Source of the DNA: Eledone cirrhosa
Lineage: Eukaryota
NCBI GenBank assembly: GCA_964016885.1
Contig: OZ024743.1
Coordinates: 135,222,001-135,286,000 of the forward strand
Direction of reading: 5' to 3'
Length of the DNA stretch: 64,000 nt
Shown here piece after piece: positions 12,001 through 23,690 of this stretch (positions within the stretch are counted from its first letter, which is position 1; each line of letters begins with the position of its first letter). The translations under genes were made by a program, and so were the position numbers. Under the pieces are notes generated by a model. It did not search any database. It was not told the origin of the DNA and was given only the letters and a program-made list of their open reading frames with translations.

Positions 12001-15000
12001 GGTGCTTGGTGATTGGTGTTTGGTGCTTAGTGTCTGGTGTTTGGTGCTTGGTCTTTGGTGTTTGGTGCTTGGTGCTTGGTGCTTGGTGTTTGGTGTTTGG
12101 TGCTTGGTGCTTGGTGTTTGGTGTTTGGTGCTGGGTGCTTGGAGTTTGGTGCTTGGTGCTTGGTGCTTAGTGCTTGGTGTTAGGTGTTTGGTGCTTGGTG
12201 TTTGGTGGTTGGTGTTTGATGCTTGGTGTGTGCTGCTTGGTGCTTGGTGCTTGGTGTTTTGTGTTTGGTGCTTGGTGCTTGGTGCCTGGTTCTTGGTGCT
12301 TGGTGCTTGGTGTTTGGTGCTGGGTGCTTGATGTTTGTGCTTGGTGCTTGGTGCTTGGTGCTTGGTGTTTGGTGTTTGGTGCTTGGTGTTTGGTGTTTGA
12401 TGCTTGGTGTTTGATGCTTGTTGCTTGGTGCTTGGTGTTTTGTGTTTGGTGTTTGGTTCTTGGTGTATGTACTTGGTGCTTGGTGCTTGGTGTTTGGTGC
12501 TTGGTTCTTGGTGTTTGGTGATTGGTGCTTGGTGCTTGGTGTTTGGTGTTTGGTGCTTGGTGTTTGGTGCTTGGTGCTTGGTGCTTGGTGTTTGGTGCAT
12601 GGTGCTTGGTGTTTGGTGCTTGGTGCCTGGTGTTTGGTGTTTGGTGCTTGGTGTTTGGTGCTTGGTGTTTGGTGCTTGGTGTTCGGTGCTTTGTGCTAGG
12701 TGCTTGGTGCTTGGTGTTTGATGTTTGGTCCTTGGTGCTTGGTGTTTGGTGTTTTGTGCTTGGTGCTTGGTGCTTGGTGTTTGGTGCTTGGTGCTTCGTG
12801 CTTGGTGTTTGGCGTTTGCTGTTTGCTGTTTGGTGTTTGGTGTTTGCTGTTTGATGTTTGCTGTTTGGTGTTTGGTGTTTGGTGCTTGCTGTTTGGTGCT
12901 TGGTGCCTGGTGTTTGGTGTTTGGTGTTTGGTGCTTGGTGCTTGGTGTTTGGTGCTTGGTGCTTGGTGCTGGGTGTTTGGTGCTTGGTGCTTGGTGTTTG
13001 GTGCTTGGTGCTTGGTGCTTGGTGCTTGGTGTTTGGTGCTTGCTGCTTGGTGCTTGGTGATTGGTGCTTGGTGCTTGGTGATTAGTGTTTGGTGATTGGT
13101 GCTTGGGGTTTGCTGTTTGGTGCTTGGTGTTTGGTGCTTGGTGCTTGGTGATTAGTGTTTGGTGATTGGTGCTTGGGGTTTGGTGTTTGATGCTTGGTGC
13201 TTGGTTTTTGGTGTTTGGTGCTTGGTACCTGGTGCTTGTTGTTTGGTGTTTGGTGCATGGTGCTTGGTGCTTGGTATTTGGTGCTTGGTGTCTGGTGTTT
13301 GGTGCTTGGTGTTTGGTGTTTGGTGCTTGGTGCTTGGTGCTTGGTGTTTGGTGTTTGCTACTTGGTGCTTGGTGTTTGGTGCTTGGTGTTTGGTGTTTGG
13401 TGTTTGATGCTTGGTGTTTGCTGCTTGGTGCTTGGTGTTTTGTGTTTGGTGCTTGGTGTTTTGTGTTTGGTGCTTGGTGCTTGGTCCATGGTGCTTGGTG
13501 TTTGTTTCTTGGTGCCTGGTGCTTGGTGTTTGGTGCTTGGTGCTTGGTGCTTGGTGTTTGGTGCTTGGTGTTTGGTGCTTGGTGCTTGGTGTTTGGTGCT
13601 TGGTGTTTGGTGCTTGGTGTTCGGTGCTTGGTGCTTGGTGCTTGGTGCTTGGTGTTAGGTGTTTGGTGCTTGGTGCTTGGTGTATGATGTTTGGTCGTTG
13701 GTGCTTGGTGTTTAGTGCTTGGTGCTTGGTGTTTGGTGTTTGGTGCTTGCTGCTTGCTGCTTGGTGTTTGGTGCTTGGTGATTGGTGCTTGGTGTTTGGT
13801 GCTTGGTGCTTGGTGTTTGGTGTTTGGTGCTAGGTGCTTGGTGCTTGGTGTTTGGTGCTTGGTGCTTGGTGCTTGGTGTTTGGCGTTTGGTGCTTGGTGC
13901 TTGGTGTTTGGTGCTTGGTGCTTGGTTTTTGGTGTTTGGTGCTTGGTACCTGGTGCTTGTTGTTTGGTGTTTGGTGCTTGGTGCTTGGTGTTTGGTGCTT
14001 GGTGTCTGGTGTTTGGTGCTTGGTGTTTGGTGTTTGGTGCTTGGTGCTTGGTGCTTGGTGTTTGGTGTTTGGTGCTTGGTGCTTGGTGTTTGGTGTTTGG
14101 TGCTGGGTGCTTGGAGTTTGGTGCTTGGTGCTTGGTGCTTAGTGCTTGGTGTTAGGTGTTTGGTGCTTGGTGTTTGGTGGTTGGTGTTTGATGCTTGGTG
14201 TGTGCTGCTTGGTGCTTGGTGCTTGGTGTTTTGTGTTTGGTGCTTGGTGCTTGGTGCCTGGTTCTTGGTGCTTGGTGCTTGTTGTGTGGTGCTTGGTGAT
14301 TAATGTTTGGTGCTTGGTGCTTGGGGTTTGCTGTTTGGTGCTTAGTGCTTAGTGTTTGGTGCTTGGTGCTTGGTTTCTGGTGTTTGGTGTTTGGTGTTTG
14401 GTGCTTGGTGCTTGGTGTTTGGGTTTTGGTGCTTGGTGCTTGGTGTTTGGTGCTTGGTGCTTGGTGCTTGGTGTTTGGTGCTGGGTGCTTGATGTTTGTG
14501 CTTGGTGCTTGGTGCTTGGTGCTTGGTGTTTGGTGTTTGGTGCTTGGTGTTTGGTGTTTGATGCTTGGTGTTTGATGCTTGTTGCTTGGTGCTTGGTGTT
14601 TTGTGTTTGGTGTTTGGTTCTTGGTGTATGTACTTGGTGCTTGGTGCTTGGTGTTTGGTGCTTGGTTCTTGGTGTTTGGTGATTGGTGCTTGGTGCTTGG
14701 TGTTTGGTGTTTGGTGCTTGGTGTTTGGTACTTGGTGCTTGGTGTTTGGTGTTTGGTGCTTGGTGTTTGGTGCTTGGTGCTTGGTGCTTGGTGTTTGGTG
14801 CATGGTGCTTGGTGTTTGGTGCTTGGTGCCTGGTGTTTGGTGTTTGGTGCTTGGTGTTTGGTGCTTGGTGTTTGGTGCTTGGTGTTCGGTGCTTTGTGCT
14901 AGGTGCTTGATGTTTGGTCCTTGGTGCTTGGTGTTTGGTGTTTGGTGCTTGATGTTTGGTCCTTGGTGCTTGGTGTTTGGTGCTTGGTGCTTCGTGCTTG

Positions 15001-16900
15001 GTGTTTGGCGTTTGCTGTTTGCTGTTTGGTGTTTGGTGTTTGCTGTTTGATGTTTGCTGTTTGGTGTTTGGTGTTTGGTGCTTGCTGTTTGGTGCTTGGT
15101 GCCTGGTGTTTGGTGTTTGGTGTTTGGTGCTTGGTGCTTGGTGTTTGGTGCTTGGTGCTTGGTGCTGGGTGTTTGGTGCTTGGTGCTTGGTGTTTGGTGC
15201 TTGGTGCTTGGTGCTTGGTGTTTGGTCCTTGGTGCTTGGTGCTTGGTCTTTGGTGCTTGGGGTTTGGTGTTTGGTGCTTGGTGCTTGGTGTTTGGTGCTT
15301 GGTGCTTGGTGCTTGGTGCTTGGTGTTTGGTGCTTGCTGCTTGGTGCTTGGTGATTGGTGCTTGGTGCTTGGTGATTAGTGTTTGGTGATTGGTGCTTGG
15401 GGTTTGCTGTTTGGTGCTTGGTGTTTGGTGCGTGGTGCTTGGTGATTAGTGTTTGGTGATTGGTGCTTGGGTTTGGTGTTTGATGCTTGGTGCTTGGTTT
15501 TTGGTGCTTGGTACCTGATGCTTGTTGTTTGGTGTTTGGTGCTTGGTGCTTGGTGCTTGGTGTTTGGTGCTTGGTGTCTGGTGTTTGGTGCTTGGTGTTT
15601 GGTGTTTGGTGCTTGGTGCTTGGTGCTTGGTGTTTGGTGTTTGGTGCTTGGTGCTTGGTGTTTGGTGTTTGGTGCTGGGTGCTGGGTGCTTGGAGTTTGG
15701 TGCTTGGTGCTTGGTGCTTAGTACTTGGTGTTTGGTGTTTGGTGCTTTGTGTTTGGTGTTTGGTGTTTGATGCTTGGTGTGTGCTGCTTGGTGCTTGGTG
15801 CTTGGTGTTTTGTGTTTGGTGCTTGGTGCTTGGTGCCTGGTTCTTGGTGCTTGGTGCTTGTTGTGTGGTGCTTGGTGCTTGGTGATTAGTGTTTGGTGCT
15901 TGGTGCTTGGGGTTTGCTGTTTGGTGCTTGGTGCTTGGTGTTTGGTGCTTGGTGCTTGGTGTTTGGTGTTTGGTGCTTGGTTTCTGGTGTTTGGTGTTTG
16001 GTGTTTGGTGCTTGGTGCTTGGTGTTTGGGTTTTGGTGCTTGGTGCTTGGTGTTTGGTGTTTGGTGCTTGCTGTTTGGTGTTTGGTGCTTGGTGTTTGGT
16101 GCTTGGTGCTTGGTGCTTGGTGCTGGGTGCTTGATATTTGTGCTTGGTGCTTGGTGCTTGGTGCTTGGTGTTTGGTGTTTGGTGCTTGGTGCTTGGTGTT
16201 TGGTGTTTGATGCTTGGTGTTTGATGCTTGTTGCTTGGTGCTTGGTGTTTTGTGTTTGGTGTTTGGTTCTTGGTGTATGTACTTGGTGCTTGGTGCTTGG
16301 TGTTTGGTGCTTGGTTCTTGGTGTTTGGTGATTGGTGCTTGATGCTTGGTGTTTGGGGCTTGGTGCTTGGTGTTTGGTACTTGGTGCTTGGTGTTTGGTG
16401 TTTGGTGCTTGGTGTTTGGTGCTTGGTGCTTGGTGCTTGGTGTTTGGTGCTTCGTGCTTGGTGCTTGGTGTTTGGTGCATGGTGCTTGGTGTTTGGTGCT
16501 TGGTGCCTGGTGTTTGGTGTTTGGTGTTTGGTGTTTGGTGCTTGGTGTTTGGTGCTTGGTGTTCGTTGCTTTGTGCTAGGTGCTTGGTCCTTGGTGTTTG
16601 ATGTTTGGTCCTTGGTGCTTGGTGTTTGGTGTTTTGTGCTTGGTGCTTGGTGCTTGGTGTTTGGTGCTTGGTGTTTGGTGCTTGGTGTTTGGTGTTTGCT
16701 GTTTGCTGTTTGGTGTTTGGTGTTTGCTGTTTGATGTTTGCTGTTTGGTGTTTGGTGTTTGGTGCTTGCTGTTTGGTGCTTGGTGCTTGGTGTTTGGTGT
16801 TTGGTGCTTGGTGCTTGGTGTTTGGTGCTTGGTGCTTGGTGCTGGGTGTTTGGTGCTTGGTGCTTGGTGTTTGGTGCTTGGTGCTTGGTGCTTGGTGCTT
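1..16900 (+). repeat. Left satellite sub-domain (variant family A) with irregular kb-scale higher-order duplications
   Basis: Markers seen only here: TATGTAC at 2387, 5905, 9605, 12466, 14627, 16276; GTATGATG at ~119, 1477, 7386, 8695, 10436, 11745, 13682; TTAATGT at ~2060, 5515, 9278, 14300. Matching ORFs give offsets of 7218 (247/7465, 800/8018, 2063/9281), 3050 (7465/10515, 8417/11467) and 5022 (9281/14303). Confidence 0.85.
7250..12300 (+). repeat. Tandem higher-order duplication with 3050-bp period (~7.25-9.26 kb recurs at ~10.3-12.3 kb)
   Basis: ORF pairs 7395/10445, 7517/10567, 7983/11033, 8476/11526, 8704/11754 and 9124/12174 are all offset by 3050 bp with near-identical translations. 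Confidence 0.88.
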
Positions 16901-19900
16901 GGTCCTTGGTGCTTGGTGCTTGGTCTTTGGTGCTTGGTGCTTGGTGTTTGGTGCTTGGTGCTTGGTGTTTGGTGCTTGGTGCTTGGTGCTTGGTGCTTGG
17001 TGTTGGGTGCTTGCTGCTTGGTTCATGGTGTTTGGTGTTTGGTTCTTGGTGCTTGGTGCTTGGTGTTTGGTGCTGCGTGCTTGGTGTTTGGTGTTTGGTG
17101 CTTGGTGCCTGGTGCTTGTTGTTTGGTTTTTGGTGCTTAGTGCTTGGTGTTTGGTGTTTGGTGCTTGGTGCTTGGTGTTTGGTGCTTGGTGCTTGGTGCT
17201 TGGTGCTTGGTGTTGGGTGCTTGCTGCTTGGTTCATGGTGTTTGGTGTTTGGTTCTTGGTGCTTGGTGCTTGGTGTTTGGTGCTGCGTGCTTGGTGTTTG
17301 GTGCTGCGTGCTTGGTGTTTGGTGTTTGGTGCTTGGTGCCTGGTGCTTGTTGTTTGGTGTTTGGTGTTTGGTGCTTGGTGTTTGGTGTTTGGTACTTGGT
17401 GCTTGGTGCTTGGTGCTTGGTGTTTGGTGCTTGGTGCTTGGTGCTTGGTGTTTGATGCTGCGTGCTTGGTGTTTGGTGTTTGGTGCTTGGTGCCTGGTGC
17501 TTGGTGTTTGGTGCTTGGTGTTTGGTGCTGGGTGGTTGGTGTTTGGTGCTTGGTGCTTGGTGTTTGGTGCTTGGTGTCTGGTGTTTGGTGCTTGGTGTTT
17601 GGTGTTTGGTGCTTGGTGCTTGGTGCTTGGTGTTTGGTGCTTGGTGCTGGGTGTTTGGTGCTTGGTGCTTGGTGTTTGGTGCTTGGTGCTTGGTGCTTGG
17701 TGTTTCGTCCTTGGTGCTTGTTGCTTGCTCTTTGGTGCTTGGGGTTTGGTGTTTGGTGCTTGGTGCTTGGTGTTTGGTGCTTGGTGATTGCTGCTTGGTG
17801 CTTGGTGTTTGGTGCTTGGTGCTTGGTGATTAGTGTTTGGTGATTGGTGCTTGGGGTTTGGTGTTTGGTGCTTGGTGTTTGGTGCTTGGTGCTTGCTGTT
17901 TGGTGTTTGGTGTTTGGTTCTTGGTGCTTGGTGTTTGGTGTATGGTGTTTGGTGCTTGGTGCTTGGTGGCTGGTGTTTGGTGCTTGGTGTTTGGTGTTTG
18001 GTGCTTGGTGCTTGGTGCATGGTGTTTCGTGCTTGGTGCTTGGTGCTTGGTGCTTGGTAGTTGGTGCTTGGTGTTTGGTGCTTGGTGCTTGGTGTTTGGT
18101 GTTTGGTGCTTGGTGCTTGGAGCTTGGTGTTTGGTGCTTAGTGCTTGGTGCTTGGTGTTTGGTGCTTGGTGCTTGGTGCTTGGTGTTGGTGTTTGGTGTT
18201 TGGTGCTTGGTGCTTGGTGTTTGGTGTTTGGTGCTTGGTGCTTGGAGCTTGGTGTTTGGTGCTTAGTGCTTGGTGCTTGGTGTTTGGTGCTTGGTGCTTG
18301 GTGCTTGGTGTTGGTGTTTGGTGTTTGGTGCTTGGTGTTTGGTGCTTGGTGCTTGGTGCTGGGTGGTTGGTGTTTGGTTCTTGGTGTTTGGTGTTTGGTG
18401 CTTGGTGCTTGGTGTTTGGTGCTTGGTGCTTGTTGTTTGGTGCTTGGTGCTCGGTGATTAGTGTTTGGTGCTTGGTGCTTGGGGTTTGGTGTTTGGTGCT
18501 TGTGGTTTGTTGTTTGGTGCTTGGTGCTTGGTGTTTGGTGCTTGGTGCTTGGTGTTTGGTGCTTGGTGCTTTGTGTTTGGTGCTTGGTGTTTGGTGCTTG
18601 GTGCTTGGTGTTTGCTGCTTGGTGCTTGGTTTATGGTGTTTGATGCTGCGTGCTTTGTGTTTGGTGTTTGGTGCTTGGTGCTTGGTGTTTGGTGTTTGGT
18701 GCTTGGTGCCTGGTGCTTGTTGTTTGGTGTTTGGTGCTTGGTGCTTGGTGTTTGGTGTTTGTTGCTTGGTGCTTGGTATCTTGTGTTTGGTGCTTGGTGT
18801 TTGGTGTTTGGTGCTTGGTGCTTGGTGCTTGGTGTTTGGTGTTTGGTGCTTGGTGCTTGGTGTTTGGTGCTTGGTGTTTGGTGCTTGGTGTTTGATGCTT
18901 GGTGTTTGCTGCTTGGTGCTTGGTGCTTGGTGTTTTGTGTTTGGTGCTTGGTGCTTGGTGCCTGGTGCTTGGTGCTTGGTGCTTGGTGTTTGGTGCTTGG
19001 TGCTAGGTGCTTGGTGTTTGGTGATTGGTGCTTGGTGCTTGGTGTTTGGTGCTTGGTCCTTGGTGTTTGGTGCTTGGTGTTTGGTACTTGGTGCTTGGTG
19101 TTTGTTTTTGGTGATTGGTGTTTGGTGCTTGGTGCTTTGTGCTTGGTGTTAAGTGTTTGGGGCTTGGTGCTTGGTGCATGGTGCTTGGTGTTTGGTGCTT
19201 GGTGCCTGGTGCTTGGTGTTTGGTGCTTGGTGCTTGGTGCTTGGTATTTGGTGCTTGGTGTTTGGGGCTTGGTGCTTGGTGTTTGGTGCTTGGTGTTATG
19301 TGCTTGGTGTTTGGTGCTTGGTGCTTGGTGCTTGGTGTTAGGTGTTTGGAGCTTGGTGCTTGGTGTTTGATGTTTGGTCCTTGGTGCTTGGTGTTTGGTG
19401 CTTGGTGCTTGGTATTTGGTGTTTGGTGCTTGCTGCTTGCTGCTTGTTGTTTGGTGCTTGGTGATGGTGCTTGGTGTTTGGTGCTTGGTGCTTGGTGTTT
19501 GGTGTTTGGTGCTAGGTGCTTGGTGCTTGGTGTTTGGTGTTTGGTGCTTGGTGCTTGGGGCTTGGTGTTTGGTGCTTAGTGCTTGGTGCTTGGTGTTTGG
19601 TGCTTGGTGCTTGGTGCTTGGTGCTTGGTGTTTGGTGTTTGGTGTTTGGTGCTTGGTGTTTGGTGCTTGGTGCTTGGTGCGGGGTGGTTGGTGTTTGGTG
19701 CTTGGTGCTTGGTGTTTGGTGCTTGGTGCTTGGTGCTTATTGTTTGGTGCTTGGTACTTGGTGCTTGGTGCTTGGTCTTTGGTGCTTGGTGCTTGGTGTT
19801 TGGTGCTTGGTGCTTGGTGTTTGGTACTTGGTGCTTGGTGTTTGGTGTCTGGTGCTTGGTGTTTGGTGCTTGGTGCTTGGTGCTTGGTGTTAAGTGTTTG

Positions 19901-22900
19901 GTGCTTGGTGCTTGGTGTTTGGTGCTTCGTGCTTGGTGCTTGGTGTTTCGTGCATGGTGCTTGGTGTTTGGTGCTTGGTGCCTGGTGTTTGGTGTTTGGT
20001 GCTTGGTGTTTGGTGCTTGGTGTTTGGTGCTTGGTGTTCGGTGCTTTGTGCTAGGTGCTTGGTGCTTGGTGTTTGATGTTTGGTACTTGGCACTTGTTGC
20101 TTGGTGTTTGGCATTTGCTGTTTGCTGTTTGGTGTTTGGTGTTTGCTGTTTGATGTTTGCTGTTTGGTGTTTGGTGTTTGGTACTTGCTGTTTGGTGCTT
20201 GGTGTTTGGTGTTTGGTGTTTGGTGCTTGGTGCTTGGTGTTTGGTGCTTGGTGCTGGGTGTTTGGTGCTTGGTGCTTGGTGTTTGGTGCTTGGTGCTTGG
20301 TGCTTGGTGTTTGGTCCTTGGTGCTTGTTGCTTGGACTTTGGTGCTTGGGGTTTGGTGTTTGGTGCTTGGTGCTTGGTGTTTGGTGCTTGGTGCTTGGTG
20401 CTTGGTGCTTGGTGTTTGGTGCTTGCTGCTTGGTGCTTGGTGTTTGGTGCTTGGTGCTTGGTGATTAGTGTTTGGTGATTGGTGCTTCGGTTTTGGTGTT
20501 TGGTGCTTCAGGCTTGGTGCTTGGTGCTTGCTGTTTGGTGTTTGGTGTTTGGTTCTTGGTGCTTGGTGTTTGGTGTATGGTGTTTGGTGCTTGGTGCTTG
20601 GTGCTTGGTGTTTGGTGCTTGGTGCTTGGTGCTTGGTGTTTGGTGCTGCGTGCTTGGTGTTTGGTGTTTGGTGCTTGGTGCCTGGTGCTTGTTTGGTTTT
20701 TGGTGCTTAGTGCTTGGTGTTTGGTGTTTGGTGCTTGGTGCTTGGTGGCTGGTGTTTGGTGCTTGGTGTTTGGTGTTTGGTGCTTGGTGCTTCGTGCATG
20801 GTGTTTCGTGCTTGGTGCTTGGTGCTTGGTGTTTGGTGTTTGGTGCTTGGTGTTTGGTGTTTGGTACTTGGTGCTTGGTGCTTGGTGCTTGGTGTTTGGT
20901 GCTTGGTGCTTGGTGTTTGATGCTGCGTGCTTGGTGTTTGGTGTTTGGTGCTTGGTGCCTGGTGCTTGTTGTTTGGTGTTTGGTGCTTAGTGCTTGGTGT
21001 TTGGTGTTTGGTGCTTGGTGTTTGGTGTTTGGTGCTTGGTGCTTGGTACTTGGTGTTTGGTGTTTGGTGCTTGGTGCTTGGTGTTTGGTGCTTGGTGTTT
21101 GGTGTTTGGTGTTTGATGCTTGGTGTTTGCTGCTTGGTGCTTGGTGCTTGGTGTTTTGTGTTTGGTGCTTGGTGCTTGGTGCCTGGTGTTTGGTTTTTGG
21201 TGCTTTGTGTTTGGTGCTTGGTGCTTGGTGTTAAGTGTTTGGGGCTTGGTGCTTGGTGCATGGTGCTTGGTGTTTGGTGCTTGGTGCCTGGTGCTTGGTG
21301 CTTGGTGCTTGGTGTTAAGTGTTTGGGGCTTGGTGCTTGGAGCATGGTGCTTGGTGTTTGGTGCTTGGTGCCTGGTGCTTGGTGTTTGGTGCTTGGTGCT
21401 TGGTGTTTGGTGTTTGGTGTTTGGTGCTTGGTGCTTGGTGTTTGGTGCTTGGTGTTTGGTGCTTGGTGTTGGGTGCTTGGTGCTTGGTGCTTGGTGCTTG
21501 GTGTTTGATGTTTGGTCCTTGGTGCTTGGTGTTTGGTGCTTGGTGCTTGGTGTTTGGTGTTTGGTGCTTGCTGCTTGCTGCTTGGTGTTTGGTGCTTGGT
21601 GATTGTTCCTTGGTGTTTGGTGCTTGGTGCTTGGTGTTTGGTGTTTGGTGCTAGGTGCTTGGTGCTTGGTGCTTGGTGCTTGGTGTTTGGTGCTTGGTGC
21701 TTGGTGTTTGGTGTTTGGTGCTTGGCGCTTGGAGCTTGGTGTTTGGTGCTTAGTGCTTGGTGCTTGGTGCTTGGTGTTTGGTGCTTGGTGCTTGGTGCTT
21801 GGTGTTGGTGTTTGGTGTTTGGTGCTTCGTGTTTGGTGCTTGGTGCTTGGTGCTGGGTGGTTGGTGTTTGGTGCTTGGTGTTTGGTGTTTGGTGCTTGGT
21901 GCTTGGTGTTTGGTGCTTGGTGCTTGGTGCTTGGTGATTATTGTTTGGTGCTTGGTTCTTGGTGCCTGGTGCTTGGTGCTTGGTGCTTGTTGTTTGGTGC
22001 TTGGTGCTCGGTGATTAGTGTTTGGTGCTTGGTGCTTGGGGTTTGGTGTTTGGTGCTTGTGGTTTGGTGTTTGGTGCTTGGTGCTTGGTGTTTGGTGCTT
22101 GGTGCTTGGTGTTAAGTGTTTGGGGCTTGGTGCTTGGTGCATGGTGCTTGGTGTTTGGTGCTTGGTGCCTGGTGCTTGGTGTTTGGTGCTTGGTGCTTGG
22201 TGTTTGGTGTTTGGTGTTTGGTGCTTGGTGCTTGGTGTTTGGTGCTTGGTGTTGGGTGCTTGGTACTTGGTGCTTGGTGCTTGGTGTTAGGTGTTTGGTG
22301 CTTGGTGCTTGGTGTTTGATGTTTGGTCCTTGGTGCTTGGTGTTTGGTGCTTGGTGATTGGTCCTTGGTGTTTGGTGCTTGGTGTTTGGTGTTTGGTGCT
22401 AGGTGCTTGGTGCTTGGTGCTTGGTGTTTGATGCTGCGTGATTGGTGTTTGGTGTTTGGTGCTTGGTGCCTGGTGCTTGTTGTTTGGTGTTTGGTGCTTG
22501 GTGCTTGGTGTTTGGTGTTTGGTGCTTGGTGTTTGGTGTTTGGTGCTTGGTGCTTGGTACTTGGTGTTTGGTGTTTGGTGCTTGGTGCTTGGTGTTTGGT
22601 GTTTGGTGTTAGGTGTTTGGTGCTTGGTGCTTGGTGTTTGATGTTTGGTCCTTGGTGCTTGGTGCCTGGTGCTTGTTGTTTGGTGTTTGGTGCTTGGTGC
22701 TTGGTGTTTGGTGTTTGGTGCTTGGTGTTTGGTGTTTGGTGCTTGGTGCTTGGTACTTGGTGTTTGGTGTTTGGTGCTTGGTGCTTGGTGCTTGGTGCTT
22801 GGTGTTTGGTGTTTGGTGTTTGATGCTTGGTGTTTGCTGCTTGGTGCTTGGTGCTTGGTGTCTTGTGTTTGGAGCTTGGTGCTTGGTGCCTGGTGTTTGG

Positions 22901-23690
22901 TTTTTGGTGCTTGGTGTTTGGTGCTTGGTGCTTGGTGTTTGGTGTTTGGTGCTTGGTGCTTGGAGCTTGGTGTTTGGTGCTTAGTGCTTGGTGCTTGGTG
23001 CTTGGTGTTTGGTGCTTGGTGCTTGGTGCTTGGTGTTCGGTGTTTGGTGTTTGGTGCTTGGTGTTTGGTGCTTGGTGCTTGGTGCTGGGTGGTTGGTGTT
23101 TGGTGCTTGGTGTTTGGTGTTTGGTGCTTGGTGCTTGGTGTTTGGTGCTTGGTGCTTGGTGCTTGGTGATTATTGTTTGGTGCTTGGTTCTTGGTGCCTG
23201 GTGCTTGGTGCTTGGTGCTTGTTGTTTGGTGCTTGGTGCTCGGTGATTAGTGTTTGGTGCCTGGTGCTTGGGGTTTGGTGTTTGGTGCTTGTGGTTTGGT
23301 GTTTGGTGCTTGGTGCTTGGTGTTTGGTGCTTGGTGCTTGGTGTTAAGTGTTTGGGGCTTGGTGCTTGGTGCATGGTGCTTGGTGTTTGGTGCTTGGTGC
23401 CTGGTGCTTGGTGTTTGGTGCTTGGTGCTTGGTGTTTGGTGTTTGGTGTTTGATGTTTGGTCCTTGGTGCTTGGTGTTTGGTGCTTGGTGCTTGGTGTTT
23501 GGTGTTTGGTGCTTGCTGCTTGCTGCTTGGTGTTTGGTGCTTGGTGATTGGTCCTTGGTGTTTGGTGCTTGGTGGTTGGTGTTTGGGGTTTGGTGCTAGG
23601 TGCTTGGTGCTTGGTGCTTGGTGCTTGGTGTTTGGTGCTTGGTGCTTGGTGTTTGGTGTTTGGTGCTTGGTGCTTGGAGCTTGGTGTTTG
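16900..23690 (+). repeat. Transitional satellite zone with short local duplications (210, 125, 84 and 1232 bp) and first appearance of family-B markers
   Basis: The TGCGTGC monomer first appears at ~17074. TGTTGGGTGCTTGCTGCTTGGTTCATGG occurs at 17001 and 17211. ORFs 18145/18270 are offset by 125. TTAAGTGTTTGGGGC occurs at 21231 and 21315. ORFs 22018/23250 and 22116/23348 are offset by 1232. Confidence 0.75.

Noticed and set aside
14349-18020. 1223-aa minus-strand ORF (TKHQAPS repeats), superficially mucin- or CTD-like heptad protein
   Set aside because: The minus-strand consensus RCACCAA has no T, so stops are rare by construction. The ATG is just a variant monomer, there is no non-repeat domain, and overlapping frames give the same peptide.
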